DNA from: Octopus vulgaris
Lineage: Eukaryota
Assembly: GCA_951406725.2 (NCBI GenBank)
Contig: OX597816.1
Span: 115,010,001 to 115,074,000, forward strand
Direction of reading: 5' to 3'
Length of the DNA stretch: 64,000 bases
The translations under genes were made by a program, and so were the position numbers. Positions 13,754-28,753 of this stretch are shown here, piece after piece. Each line of letters starts with the position of its first letter. The stretch's first letter is position 1. The notes beneath the pieces were generated by a model that saw nothing but the letters and a program-made list of their open reading frames with translations, was not told the origin of the DNA and did not search any database.

Positions 13754-15179
13754 CATACATATATACATACATACATATTTTCGTGTGTTAGCCTTATTGT
13801 CTATCATGATTGGTTTGGTTTGTTTGTTTTTGATTTTTCATTATCTTGTCTTTCACTTATTTTCAATAAGAAATTTGATTATTGTTTGTTAGTACGTTTT
13901 TATTTGATAATTATTCTTATTATCATTATTGTTATTATTATTGTCATTATTGTCACTTATTATTATTGTTGTTGTTGTTGTTATCATCATCATGATCATC
14001 ATCATCATTATTATTAGTAGTAGCTATTGTTGTAGCTGCTACAAATCTTCCACCTCCTCCTCCTCCTCCTCCTTATCATCATCATCACCTTCATCATCGT
14101 AATCAACGTTGTTGTTGCTTGTGTTGTTTACCTGAGTTTTGATTTGAGAGATTCTTTATTTATCTATTTATCATATGTTGTTTACTTTCTCTCTCTCTCA
14201 CTCGATTTCTCCTCCCTCTCACTCTCTCTCTCTATATATCCCTCCTTTGCACACACACACACATACACACACTCACACTCACATCTATGTGCGCACATAC
14301 ATATATATACACACACATACATATACGTACATACACATGTATACATGCACACATATACACTCATGCACTACACATACATATATATACACATATACATATG
14401 TGTGTGTATCAATGTATACGCACTCACATGTATGCAGGTCTATACACATATATATGCATGCCTATGTATGTATGCATCTATATACGTCTATGTATGTATG
14501 TATGTATGTATGTATGCATGTATGTATGTATGTATGCATGCATGTATGTATGTATGTATGTATGTATATGTGTATGTTTGTATATATGTGTGTGTGAGTG
14601 TGTGTGTGTGCGTGTGCATGATTGTTATGATTGTGTCTATATTTGTGTGCATGCATTTCCACCTTGATAATATCAAGGAAATAGACATTTAGAAATGCCT
14701 GCACTGGCGTACCATTCTATGTCGCCTCTGCTAAAATTCTGTCACGTTTCAGCCCAGTAGGAAAGCTTACACAGCTTCAAAAGGCATGTATCAGAGCAGG
14801 AGTTCAGCATTGTTTAAAAATGAGAACATCCTGCATTCAAGGCGATGTAGCTGGCAGCTAAATAATTATAAGGGAAAGCAAGACATAGCAGTGTTACTTA
14901 GTCTGTGTGAGGGACTCATGATCCCTGTAAATTTAGCCTTTCTGCTTAGTTTTATTGCCAATAATAATATATGTGGGGGAAAAAACAAAAAACAAAAAAA
15001 AAAACGTAAAGAAAAGAAAAGAAAAACATAAAGAAGTGAGAGGATGCATGAATGGATGGATGGATGGATGGGTAGATGGTTTGGGTGAATGAAAGGGGTT
15101 GTTTAAAAGATCAGGGTGAGTTGCTTGTTTAACTTCGTTTCTACAACAGTAGAAAGATCTTATGCATGTGTGTTTATAT

Positions 15180-15240
<61 letters not shown>

Positions 15241-15506
15241 ATATATTTTACGTAATAAGATAAAAAACCAAGGCTACAGCCTTGGTTTTTTTATCTTATT
15301 ACGTAAAAAATTCTTATATACACATGCTGACAGAACCAATGTTGAACCCTTTATTTGCAATATTACCAAATCTGGAACTTAACTATGGTCTGTCTATAGC
15401 ACTTATTCAGCATTAGCTGACACCCATGGGTCTCAGTGACACCATTATGTCTTATATATATATATATATATATATATGTGAGTGTGTGTGTGTGTGTATG
15501 TGTGTG

Positions 15507-15810
15507 GAGGCGCAATGGCCCAGTAGTTCGGGCAGTGGACTCGTGGTTGGAGGATCACAATTTTGATTCTCAGACTGGGCGTTGTGTGTGTTTCTTGAGT
15601 GAAAACACCTAAAAGCTCCACGAGGCTCTGGCAGGGGTGGTGGTGACCCCTGTTGTACTCTTTCGCCACAACTTTCTCTCACTCTCTCTTCCTGTTTCTT
15701 GAGTAATGCTGTGATGGACTGGTGTCCCGTCCAGCTGGGGGGAAAACACACTCCACAGAAACCGGGAAATTGGGCCCATGAGCCTTGCTAGGCTTGAAAA
15801 GGTCGACATT
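15507..15810 (+). mobile_element. tRNA-headed SINE with V-domain-like segment
   Basis: A-box TGGCCCAGTAG; TGTGATGGACTGGTGTCCCGTCCAG motif. Confidence 0.6.
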
Positions 15811-15845
15811 TACGTTTATATATATACATATATACACACACACAA

Positions 15846-15880
<35 letters not shown>

Positions 15881-16206
15881 GGTGTATAAGCATGTAAATT
15901 CGTGTGTATATACATACAAGCATATACACACATACACACACTCACATGCATGCATACACATTTATATGTATTCTTAAAATTTATATGAATATTTCATATA
16001 TATAATATACTTATATAGCATTACATCATCACTCAACATCTGCTTTCCATGCTAGCATGAGTTGGATGACTTCACAGGATTTGATGACCCAAATTACTCC
16101 ACCATGCTCTAATGTCTTTGTATTAATAGCATGAGTTCTTCCTAATGCCAACCCCATATAACTCAGTGCTTTTTGCATAGCATTAGCACTAGTGAAGTTG
16201 TCTACA

Positions 16207-16207
16207 T

Positions 16208-16240
<33 letters not shown>

Positions 16241-16242
16241 CA

Positions 16243-16304
<62 letters not shown>

Positions 16305-16392
16305 CACTCACACACACACACACACACACATACACATGCACACACACACACACACACATGCACTCACACACACACACACACACACACATACA
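16207..16392 (+). repeat. (CA)n microsatellite
   Basis: Direct reading. Confidence 0.95.
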
Positions 16393-16564
16393 CAACAAGC
16401 TTCTTTCAGTTACTGTCTACCAAATCCACTCACAAGCCATTGGTCAGCCTGAGGCTATAGTAGAAGACACTTGTGCAGTTCACTGGAAAATTACCCAAAT
16501 ATAACCTTGTTTTGATATGCAGAGTGATTTTCTTGCAGGTCTTCATTGAAGTAGTCTAGTCAAG

Positions 16565-16840
16565 TGTGGCTAAGTGGTTAGGGCACTTGGCTTATGGTCG
16601 TGAGCTTGATTTCCAACGGCATGCTGTGCCCTTGAGCAGAACACTTTATTTCATGTTGCAGCAGTCCACTCGGCTGTACTTGTAATTCAGAGGACCAGCC
16701 TTGTCACGTTCAGTGTGTCACGCTGAATCTCCCTGAGAATTATTTTAAGAGTGCTCAACCACTTGCATGTTAATTTCACAAGCAGGCTGTTCTGTTGATC
16801 AGATCAAATGGAACACCTGTCATCATAACCAATGAATTGC
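16565..16840 (+). mobile_element. tRNA-headed CORE-type SINE
   Basis: TGGCTAAGTGG A-box; GTGCCCTTGAGCAGAACACTT core. Confidence 0.65.
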
Positions 16841-16885
16841 TAGTTCACATGTCTGTACATATACACACACACACACACACACACA

Positions 16886-16924
<39 letters not shown>

Positions 16925-17678
16925 GTGTGGGAGGAGCAGTTGTTGTTAGGAATGGCAACCAGATGTAGAAACCCTGCCAAAACAGACATTGAAAACTGGT
17001 GCAGTCTTGTCTGGCCAGCCCCTACCAAACCGTCCAACACATGCCAGCATGAAAAATGGATGTTAATGATGATGGCAATGGCAATGATGATGATGATGAT
17101 GATGTACATACATACATGCATGGACACACATGATGCACACACATACACATACACACACACTATTACATATATATATATATACACATAAACACATACATAG
17201 TCACACACTATCTCAACAAAAGATAGGATAGTCATGAGTGGAGTTCCTTTAATCCCATTGACATGCTGGATCAAGGCTGACATGCCAATGAACTACAACA
17301 ACAACAACAACAATGATAACAACAACAACAACAACAACAGCAGCAACAACAACATATTATCACTTTTATTTATTTGGAGGAGAATTAGATTAAATGCATT
17401 ATGGTTTCCAGACTTTGTTGATTCAGAGACATTGTTTATTAAGCATCATGAGGGGTTTATTCATGTTTTTCATATTTCCTTGTATACCATACCATACATG
17501 TATTTAATGATTCTCTCATCATTACTTGAGCAATTACAATGAAATCTATGTTTTGCTGAGGAGGGATTATAATACTGAAACCTGTTTGAAATTGCTTTTC
17601 ATACTTGCAGATGATGAAGATGGTGGTGGTGATGAAAATGATGATGATGAAGATAATGATGATGGCAACAAATATTAA

Positions 17679-17890
17679 TGGTTTCTAAGAAAGGCACAAA
17701 GCCTTGAAGTGGAGGAAATGGAAAATAGTCAATAAAATCAACGCCAACACTTTACTGGTACTTTATTTTATCAATCCTGGAGGGGAAAAAAGGCAAAGAA
17801 GACCTTAGTAAGATTTGAACTCATAATATAGAGTTGGAAGAAACACTGAGAGGCATTATATTTAATGATTTTGCCAATGCACTGTCCTAA
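17679..17890 (-). mobile_element. Old tRNA/Nin-domain SINE
   Basis: Degenerate CTGGTACT..ATTTTATCAATCC and GATTTGAACTC motifs. Confidence 0.6.
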
Positions 17891-17895
17891 TTATA

Positions 17896-17927
<32 letters not shown>

Positions 17928-18665
17928 AGTAATAATAATAATAATAGTGATAATAATAATAGTAATAATTGTAATAATGCTCTTAAAAATGAAAAAAAGG
18001 AGAAAAAGAAATCATTTGTATGAGATTTTTTGTATTCTTCATTTGTTTTTCAATTAGAAATTAGAATAATTTTGGAAAAATAATATTTTTTTTTCATCAG
18101 TAATTAAAAAAAAGCAGAATAATGATAATAAAAGCAAAGGAAATTAAAAATAGTTTCACATAATTTTAAAAAAATTTGTTTATTTTTCCTTAATTTTTTC
18201 CCCATTTTTTAATTGATTTTTTTTTTTTCATATGTAAAGCATTTTTCCTTAATTTTTACATTTAAGGAAAAAAATAATGCGAGAAAAATTCATACACAGC
18301 AACAAAGAATAAAGCAAAAAGAAAGCCCAGAAAATCATGGACTAATGTAGAAGAAAAACTAATGACTAAGATAATAAAAGATGTGGATAAAAGTGAACTA
18401 AATAAATTGTGAGAACTGTTTTATGTGATTTAAAGATATTAGCAGGTATAGAAAGATTGTCAAGACATTCTAATGTATTGTTTAATCCTGAAAAGCATTG
18501 TTTTGGTATAATTTGGGGAAGTAATTGCTGGCATTGTGTCAGAGAAACAGAGATGAGAAGATGATAAAAAAAAAGTATGAGAAAGAGGTGGTGGGGAGAG
18601 AGAGACAGTGAAAGAAAGAGGGGGAGAGGGAGAGAGATAAAGAAGAAGATGAAGAAGAAGATGAA

Positions 18666-18744
<79 letters not shown>

Positions 18745-18957
18745 AAAAAGGGAAAGTAAGAGAGAGAAACAGAGAACTGGAGGAGGAGGAGGAGGAGGAT
18801 GGCAAGAGGTACCAAAAGGAAGAAAAAGTGATAGAGAAGATGAAATAAGGTAGGAGAAAGAATAAAAGGAAGAATAAGACAGAGAAGGAAGGAAAGGAAG
18901 GGAAAGAAAAGAAGAAAAAGCAGGATAATAATAATAACAATAATAATAATAATAATG

Positions 18958-18993
<36 letters not shown>

Positions 18994-19900
18994 TTAATAA
19001 TAATAATAATAATCATGATGATGATGATGATGATAACTTCAATAATAAGGATGATGATGGTGATGACGATGATGATGATAATGATGCTGCTGCTGCTGCT
19101 GATGATGATGATGATAATTAGTTAGAGGATATTGCTTTTTAGATTCTTCCCCAAAACTTCTCACAGTTTGGGTTGCAAAACAAACTCGATTGGTATTAAT
19201 GTAAAAATGTTACAAAAGAAAAAAACAACAACAATAATAGTGCAAACAGAAATGGAAAAAAAAACAGAGTTAAATACATAAAGTTTAAGTATTAAAAAAA
19301 CATAATAAAATGAAAAAAAAAAATAATTGTTAAATGTAAAAAAAAAAAAGAAAAATCCAGATATGAAAAAAAACATTCTAAAAGTTTATGAAGAAAGAGA
19401 AAATTTTTGAAAAAAATCTAAGACAAATGTGAGTAGAAGAAAATAATTTTGATGACAAAGAAAGACAATAGTGAGAAATAAAGAATATTCTTAAAAAAAA
19501 AAGAAAAAAACAAATGGTACCAACAAAAAAAAAAAACTAAAAAGACAGAGGTCAGTAAAATTCTGTAATAATCCAATGAAAACAATAATAGCAACAATAA
19601 TAAAAGTAAAAATAGCCAAGAATTAACACTTTTGTAAAACAATCTTTTATTATTTTTTAAATAGTTTTCCCAGACATGTAACTATTGTTTTACAAATCAA
19701 ATGAAAATTTAGGAGGACGTACACACACATGCACACTCACACACACACATACACTCACACATGCATGCACACACACACACACACATACATGTGTGTATTA
19801 GACACACGCATATACAGGCATATACATATATGCATGCATATATTCAGATATATGCATATATAATATATATACTAGTACATACATACATATATATATATAA

Positions 19901-19942
<42 letters not shown>

Positions 19943-20196
19943 CATGTATGTATATATATATTTATGTATACATATAGATTTATATATATATATGCATATA
20001 CTACATATACAAATATATGTGCGTGACACTATGATATAGATAAAATTTTATAGTTTTCCCACATATGCAGATATATATACACACATGTGCTGCATGCGGA
20101 ACTGTATACTCACATGCATATACATAAGTATATATATATATATGCACACATATATATACATATACATATACATATATATATATGCATAAGTTCTTG

Positions 20197-20238
<42 letters not shown>

Positions 20239-21200
20239 TGCATGTATATCTACATATAGATGTATGTATATGCATTTATGCTTATTCAGTTAAAATAACA
20301 TGCATTTACTTAAGTCTTCTATTGACATGCTTGTCCAGATGGGAGCTTGAAAAGTGAAGTGCCAGTGTATTTCTTTCACCCATCAGGGTGGCATCCTTGA
20401 AATTCTTTTTTGAAATTTTTTGGGGAGGGGAGGTCAAAAATAGGAGGGTCAAGAAGGCATCTACATATATACATCCATATAAACATACATACCCATATAT
20501 GTACACATATATATACACATATATATATATATATATATATATGGGTATATATATATATCTATGGGTATATATGAGTATATATGTAAGCACATACACACAC
20601 ATATATATATATAAATATATGCATACATATATATAAATATATATATATATGTGTGAGTGTTTGTGATGTACATGCCAGTGCAGCTGAGACTGTCTCTGTT
20701 AAAGCAATCAATTTTAAATATTTATATTGAAAGTAAAACTGTCCTTAATCTTTTTTTTATATATCCTGGCCTATTCCCCATTTTTTTAGGTGGGGATAGC
20801 AACAACAAGACACACACTAGGCATTTCATTCATTCCCCAGTTCAAAGAGGTGCGGTCCATTCTATGCTTGGGTCAAGATATAGTATGCAAATCCCAATAT
20901 CAGCAGCGGGGCCCAACGGCATATGCTGGTTTACCCCCACCACATGATGCTGGTTCTGTACCCCTTTGAGCAACATCAAATTCACTCATCCATCCACAAA
21001 CACTCTCCAAGCTTTCCTATCCTGGATATGACTATAAACTACATCCGGTAGTGGGACCCTGGGTTTGAGGAGTGTGGAACCACTTCTTAGTGACTATTGT
21101 TCTTAGATCTGCTCTGGCCTGGAGTGGTAGCACATGTATGGGTCCCAGCTATGGGTTAACTAGCAAACCCCACTGTGACTGGGGGGTTGGAAGGAATTGG

Positions 21201-22109
21201 TAGAATAGCTGAAAAAGATCGGTGCAAGTGTGAAGGTATGACACCCACAAAAATCAGCATCGTTTGGAACTGCAAAAATTCTTTGCATGATTTTTGAAGC
21301 ATGACCAGTAAACAAGTGTCACGTTAGTCTGCTGGCTGTGGACAGCTGACACTTTCCCTCTTGCCCAGCAAAATAAGCTGTAAGTTTTCATATTGTAATA
21401 ATAATATTGTATGTAGGCATTAGGCCATACATTTTACTGTGAAGGATGTATGCAATTAAATGGAATATCTAAGAAAGAAAAGTGGAGTTGCTGACATCAT
21501 ATCTGAACCCATATTTGTCTTCTTTCTCCTACCCACTTGTCTCTTTCTTGTCTTTTTAGGAATATGAAATTACTAGGAGGAGTAGATTCCTACAGTCCCT
21601 TTGCTCCTGCCTCTTTTAGTCACCTCTTACACCATGCAGACAAGTGGGTGGGAGAAGGAAGACACCAAATCTCACCCTACTACTGGAGTTAACTATCCTT
21701 AATAATTTAAAAAATTTTTCCTATATTCTGAACACTTAGCTGTTTGATTAAATCCACATTTGAATATTTTCAGATATAATTGAAAGACACAGCCAATATA
21801 TTTCCTGGGTTCAGATACTGATGTCAGCAACTCCACTTTTCTTTCTTAGATATTCCATTTAATTTCATACATCCTTCACTATATGTGGCCTAATGCCAAT
21901 ATACAATATTATTATTATATGAAAACTCACAGCTTATTTTGCTGGGTATGATGGAAAGTGTCAGCTGTCCACAGCCAGCAGACTAATGTGACACTTGTTT
22001 ACTGGTCATGCTTCAAAAACCATGCAAAGAATTTTTGCAGTTCCAAGCGGTGCTGATTTTTGTGGGTGTCGTACCTTCACACTTACACCGATCTTTTTCA
22101 GCCATTCTA
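21201..22109. repeat. ~310-bp inverted repeat (21201-21511 / 21806-22109) containing a Dong-like 3' end and its flank
   Basis: Arms align by eye with scattered mismatches; left arm encodes PQKSASFGTAKILCMIFEA* followed by 3' UTR and TAATAATAA. Confidence 0.9.
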
Positions 22110-22136
22110 AAATTTGAAACCATTTTTATTATCATT

Positions 22137-22352
22137 AAGCCAGCGAGCTAGCAGAATCCTTAGTTTGCTGGGTGAAATGTTTAGTAGTATTTCATCTGTT
22201 GCTATGTTCTGAGTTCAAATTCCGCTGAGGTTGACTTAGCTGGTCATCCTTTCTGGGTCAATAAATTAAGTGCCTGTGAAATACTGGGGTTGATTTAATC
22301 AACTAGCAGCCCCCTCCCAAATTTCAGGCCTTGTGCTTTTATTAAAAAGGAT
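22137..22352 (+). mobile_element. Full-length tRNA/Nin-domain SINE
   Basis: Head GAGCTAGCAGAATC, B-box GAGTTCAAATTC, tail followed by (ATT)n. Confidence 0.85.
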
Positions 22353-23568
22353 TATTATTATTATTGTCTTTTATCCACCTCCTCATCATCACCACTACCA
22401 TCACTGTTATTATTACATTTATCTAAGAAGAAAAGAAATCCAATTGAAATACAATATGGTGTTTATCAATCGCCACTTCAGAATAAATATTCCAAAATAT
22501 CTATACTTTTTGATAAAGCAAAATATGGGAAACTATTAAAATTTTTCATATTTGTTGTTTATAAAGTGTCAAAGAACATTTATAAATATTTATATATGTA
22601 TATAGATGTGTACATCAACACTCACACACACACACACACATTCATATAGACACATGTACACACACACACAGAGAAATATATTTATATATTTTGTGTATAT
22701 TTGTATATTTTTCAATTTGTACAGTGGAAAAAGTTTCTTTGTATCTGTTCAACTTCTGTCTTTTCCACTTTATAGTTTTGAAAGAGTTTTAGTCAGATTG
22801 AGACTTTGTTAGATGTGTATACATACATACATACATACATACATACATACATACATACATACATACATGCATACATACATACATACATATATATGTATAC
22901 ATATATATATATATAGAGTGAGAGACACACACACATAAATAGACATATACATATATATGTGTGTGTGTGTGTGTATGTAAATATATATCTTTATTTATAG
23001 AAGTTTGAGTGTAATAAAACAATGCAGAATAACAATATTATTATTATTAATGATGATGACAACGATGATGATGATAATTTCATTGAATAAATTTCAGGGA
23101 AAAATGACGCAACAAAAGTTAAAAGATTGTTTTGGGAATTTACAAACAGTAAATAAAGTGGATAAAACAAATGAAAACAAAACACACAAAAAAACAAAAA
23201 ACAATGCATAAATGAAAGTTCTCTCAATCCATCCATGTTATTTTCTTAGTGTTTTTCTTTTTTTTTAAATAATTTTGTATGATTTTAGATTTTGTTTAAA
23301 AATTTTATCTAATTTTTGCATTAATAATTGTTGTAGTAAAAATATCTCAGATTGAGTTTTCAAATTCTTCTGGCTTGATAAAATTAAATAAATTTTGTTG
23401 TTGCTAAATTGTTTAATTTTTTAATTTTTATCTCTCTCTCTCTTTCTGTGACATTTATATTTATTAATTTTCTTATTTAATTCCCCACCACCACTTTGCA
23501 TGTATTTTGACATTATATATTTATGTGTGTGTGTGTGTGTGTATACATATATATATATATTTAGACAC

Positions 23569-23618
<50 letters not shown>

Positions 23619-24051
23619 GCACACATATATATGTGTGTATATATACACACACACATATATATGCATATATATACATATACATACATATATAGATATGTTT
23701 AATGCTATATTTATCAATAGAACGTTTTCTTCAAATAGTAATTGTTGGTATTAACTTTTACTGTTGCTGGTTCACTTTCTTCTTCATGCTATTTGAGTAA
23801 TAATAACAATAATAATAACAATCATAATAATAAATGAAAAGATGAGCAATGGTGATGATGGTGGTAATGGTCATGATAAATGATGATGATTATGACGCTG
23901 ATGATGAGGTAGAAGCTAGTTGGTTTCAAGATGATAAAGATAACCATGATGCTGACTGATGTTGTTGATGATAAGAGTGGTTGTGATAATGCCATAGATA
24001 ATATAATAATAATAATAATAATAATATATAATAAAGATAATAATAATAATA

Positions 24052-24605
24052 AATGCCCTGATGCAGTACCAGGCAGTGGCTCTCGTGGCTTCTGATCTTA
24101 ACTGATTGGAAGTGTTATCATGTACATTGTTTTGTTTTGGTATAAAAGATGGGCTACAGCAAATATTCTGGTCAATACCACAGATTTGCTTGTCAGTTAT
24201 TTGACCACAACCAGTTGAGCATGTCCCTTTGTGGCTGATGATATGTGCATCTCTGGTCATGAGGAGAAGTAGTGGGGGTGCATCATAGCCATGTGTTGAG
24301 AAGGATTCTTTGGGGTTTGAATAATTCACCTCTGGAAACAAGGGTATTTCGTTCAACATCCTTAAACAATCCTTATTCAGGGACCTTTTGAGCAGGATGG
24401 GCTACTTGACCAGATGAAAATTCTAACTGGGCCTACCTGCAAGGTCATGCCTTGTTTATCTTGATATGAAATCACCATGTCGCACACATATGGTTGTGAT
24501 GCATGTGCCTGGTGTATCCTTATCAGACATGTAGTCATGATGGGTATACTGGGCTTCGTATATTTTACCCCAGTATCACTTTGATGGCCTGCTCTCTCAC
24601 TCAAT
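24052..24605 (+). mobile_element. Longest family X copy in (AAT)n
   Basis: Colinear with 785-1265; AAT tracts on both sides. Confidence 0.8.
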
Positions 24606-24629
24606 AACAACAACAACAACAACAACAAC

Positions 24630-24690
<61 letters not shown>

Positions 24691-24692
<2 letters not shown>

Positions 24693-25100
24693 GCAAAAGA
24701 ATTTGACAAGCTCAGAAAATATAAAGACCTGCTCATTGAAATTGAGAAAGTGTGGCATCTCTAGGCATCAATACCAGTGATCGTAGGAGCACTAGGAATG
24801 ATCAAGAAGGGAACCGAAAATTATATGAGAATGATCCCTGGCTTACCATCCCTTACCATCCCAAAAGATTGTCTTAACTGGTACATCACACGTATTGAGA
24901 AGAGCATTGTCGATGTGAGAACTATTACTACCCATGTATTTTAATTTAACTTTATTTCTATCAAAAAAGAAAAAAATGAACGAACTAGTGAGTTTAGTTT
25001 AATGGCCTACCAATGTATACTATGAGTTTCTTTGCCCTAGAAGTCGGGAAGACACTCGGCAAGAAATGGAAGCAAATTTGAAAGAAGAAGAAAAACCCAT
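24691..25100 (+). mobile_element. R4/Dong-like REL C-terminus plus 3' UTR (distinct family)
   Basis: AKEFDKLRKYKDLLIEIEKVWHL..IPVIVGALGMIKKG..QKIVLTGTSHVLRRALSM*; AAT tracts on both sides. Confidence 0.85.
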
Positions 25101-25119
25101 AAATAATAATAATAATAAT

Positions 25120-26013
25120 AAATACTGGAGATGTAAGAATTTCATGTGGCATTTTCCAGGGTGACTCACTATCACCACTCTTCTTTTGTCTAGCCTTAAT
25201 ACCTCTCTCAAAATTACTCAACAATGCACAGTACGGTTACAAAATGTTTAGTAAAAATATAAATCATCTCATTTGCATGGATGATTTAAAGCTATTTGCA
25301 AAAAATGACCAACAACTTAAGTGCTTACTAGCGATTGTTAAACAATTCAGTGATGACATCAAGATGCAATTTGGCCATGATAAATGTGCAAAAGCTACCT
25401 TTATCAAAGGAAAATTGACAGAAACATCTAATGTTAACCTTGACCAGCAGAATGTCATAAAAGAGTTAGAACCAGTGGAGAGCTACAAATACCTATGGGT
25501 AATTGAAGGGGACAGAATCAAACATGCAGTGATGAGGGAAAGGACCAGAAGAGAATGTTATCACAGAGTGAGAGCTATACTGAAGACAAAGCTGAATGCA
25601 AGAAACAGGATTGAAACAATCAATGCTTTAGCCATACCAGTTGTGACTTACAGTTTCAATATCATTAACTGATCAAATATGTAATCTTGACAGAATCCAC
25701 CACACTAAGGCAGATATAGAACGACTTTAGCTGCCAAGAAAAGAAGGGGGCCATGGACTTTTACAACTGGCATTAACAATGAAGATTGCTACAACTGGCC
25801 TAGACACCTACCTGAAAAACTCTGAGGACTGGATGTTAAAATTTGTCTCAAAACATGAAAACAAGAAAGCATCATACTCAGTAACAAAACAGGCAAAGGA
25901 ATATCCAAGATCACATCTCACTCCTCTGGAACTTCACCATTCAAACTGATAGAAAGATAGATGCAAATAGGCCAGACATCATATTGAAAGACTTCAGACA
26001 AAAATCATAACTC

Positions 26014-26015
<2 letters not shown>
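25120..26015 (+). pseudogene. R4/Dong-like reverse transcriptase fragment, internally deleted, joined to the start of REL
   Basis: GIFQGDSLSPLFFCLAL..INHLICMDDLKLF (YMDD changed to CMDD)..FGHDKCA..YKYL; later DRKIDANRPDIIL. Confidence 0.9.
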
Positions 26016-26067
<52 letters not shown>

Positions 26068-26354
26068 GTTGTTGTTGTTGTTGTTGTTATTATTATTATT
26101 ATTATTATTGTGCCCCATGTGCTATAGAGTGGATGAAGCCATTGCCCATATCACGAATGAATCCGTAGACTAGGTAGGAAGGATTATTATTATTAATCAT
26201 TAAAATAAATGACAATAATCAAATAAAAGAAATCATCATAATCCTTGTCATCATAATCATCATCATCGTCGTTGTCGTCGTCGTCGTTGTTGTTGTTGTT
26301 GTTCTTCTTCTTATTATTATTATCATTATTATTATTATCATTATTATTATCATT

Positions 26355-26790
26355 CAGTAGTTTTATTTTTATAGTGTGCTTTCACTTCACTACCGAGCGC
26401 AGCTCTGTGTGCCTTGGGTATGTGCTGTGATTTGTTGTGATGCTCTGGTGGTTATTGTATGGAAAGTGTTCTGCGTAGGATGTGTGCAGTGCCTAGTAGT
26501 GCAATTTTCTGTATGTTATATGTGTTTGTAAGTCCTGGTGTTTTTGTTATGTATTTGTCTGAATATTTTTTTATCATGCCTAATGCACCTAGTATGATAG
26601 GAATTGTTTCTGTTTTTAGATTCCACATTCTGGTTACCTCTATTTCCAGGTCTTTGTATTTTGAGAGTTTCTCCATTTCTTTTAGAGACACGTTGTCATC
26701 TGCCGGTATTGATACATCAATTAGAAAGCAATTTTTTTCTTCATGATCTCTGACAACTATATCTGGTCTGTTGGCCTTAATTTCTCTATC
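26355..26790 (-). mobile_element. R4/Dong-like REL domain plus 3' UTR, uninterrupted frame (young)
   Basis: DREIKANRPDIVV..LIDVSIP..KEMEKLSKYKDL..IQKIALLGTAHILRRTL*; embedded in (TAA)n read on the minus strand. Confidence 0.92.
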
Positions 26791-27280
26791 TATTATTATT
26801 ATTATTATTATTATTATCATTATTATTATCATTATTATTATTATTACTAGTAGTAGTGGCAGTGGCAGCAGTAGCAGAAGCAGCAGAAAAGCAGCAGTGT
26901 CGAGTACGTGAAAACAAAAACACATGAAAATCTAAATGACATGTTTATTTTAAGATCAAAACTACCAGAGATAAAAGAAGATTAATAATGATAATAATAT
27001 CACCACCACCATCACCACCACCACCACCACCACCACAACAACAACAACAGCACTAAAAAGATAAAGTAAAGAATTAAATAGGAATATAAATTTAATAAAA
27101 TAAAGCCAAAAGTAAAAAAGCAAAAGTGATATTTTATTAAGTTTGCAACATGTCTTAGTCTATAACATGTTTACTCATTGCTTTGTATTTTTAAGTAAAA
27201 GGCCAACAGCAAAAGTTGAAAATAGTGGGTATTCAGAAGTTTACAGACACACACACACGCACACATTCATACACACACAT

Positions 27281-27317
<37 letters not shown>

Positions 27318-27906
27318 CATACGTATAAGACCTAAATGCTATACTTAAATACAACTATTGTCAAACATATATGTGCATATATGTATTTAAATATATGTGT
27401 GTGTGCATGTATAATATATATATAAATATATATATATATGTATATAATGTATTATATATATATATACACACACATGTATATATATATATATACACACGTA
27501 TATATATATATATAGAGAGAGAGAGATAGATAGATAGATAGATAGATATATATATACACATATATATATACACATAAACCATTTATAAACTAGTATTGAA
27601 CTTGCAAATAGAAGTGTAATGGTTGGGTGAAGATAGGCGGGAGGGTGACAGTGGCGCTGCTACTTCTGAAGATGGAGGGGGATTGGGTGGGTCGGTTTTC
27701 TAAGATTACTTTTACCAAACTTATCGCACAAAATATTATTTTCTCCCTGCTGCTGCTGCCGCTTCTTTTTCTTCTTCTTCTTCTTCTTCTTCTTCTTCTT
27801 CTTCTTCTTCTTCCTCCTCCTTCTCCTCCTCCTCCTCCTCCTCCTCCTTTGCTTCATCATTTTTATCATCATCATCATCATCATCATCATCATTATCACC
27901 ACCACC

Positions 27907-28442
27907 AGGTCAACTTTGACTTTCATCCTTTTGGAGTTGATAAAATAAGTACCAGTTGAACACTGGGGTTGATGTAATTGGCTAGTCCCCTCCCCACTAA
28001 TTCCAGGCCTTGCGCCTTTAGTAGGAAGGATTATTATCATTATTAAGGTGGTGAGCTGGCAGAATCATTAACATGCTGTACAAAATGCTTAGTGGCATTT
28101 CGTCTGTCTTAAAGGTGTTCTGAGTTCAAATAGTACTGGGGTTGATGTATTTGACTAATCCTTTTCCCCCCAAATTTCAGGCCTTGTGCCTTTAGGAGGA
28201 ATAGAAACGTTAGCATGCCGGGCGAAATGTGTAACCGTAGTTCATCTGCCATTAGGTTCTGAGTTCAAATTCCGCCGAGGTCGACTTTGCCTTTCATCCT
28301 TTCGGGGTCGATAAATTAAGTACCAGTTACGCACTGGAGTCGATGTAATCGACTTAATCCGTTTGTTTGTCCTTGTTTGTCCCCTCTATGTTTAGCCCCT
28401 TGTGGTAGTAAAGAAATAATAATAATAATAATAATAATAATA

Positions 28443-28492
<50 letters not shown>

Positions 28493-28697
28493 GCTTGTGA
28501 GCTGGCAGAACCTTTAGCATGCCGAGCAGAATGCTTCATGGCATTTCATCCATCTTCATACTCTGAGTTCAAATTCTGTTGAGGTTGACTTTGCCTTTCA
28601 TCCTTTTGGAGTCAATAAAATAAGCACCACTTGAATACTAAAGTCAATGTAATTCCATTCCCCTAATATTTCAGGCCTTGTGCCTATAGTAGAAAGG

Positions 28698-28700
<3 letters not shown>
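27907..28700 (+). mobile_element. Cluster of four tRNA/Nin-domain SINEs
   Basis: Repeated heads and cores near 27907, 28045, 28201 and 28491. Confidence 0.85.

Positions 28701-28753
<53 letters not shown>

Noticed and set aside
17551-17591. CTGAGGA...GAAAC..GTT hammerhead-like core
   Set aside because: Helices I and II rely on G-U pairs and mismatches; cannot be separated from chance
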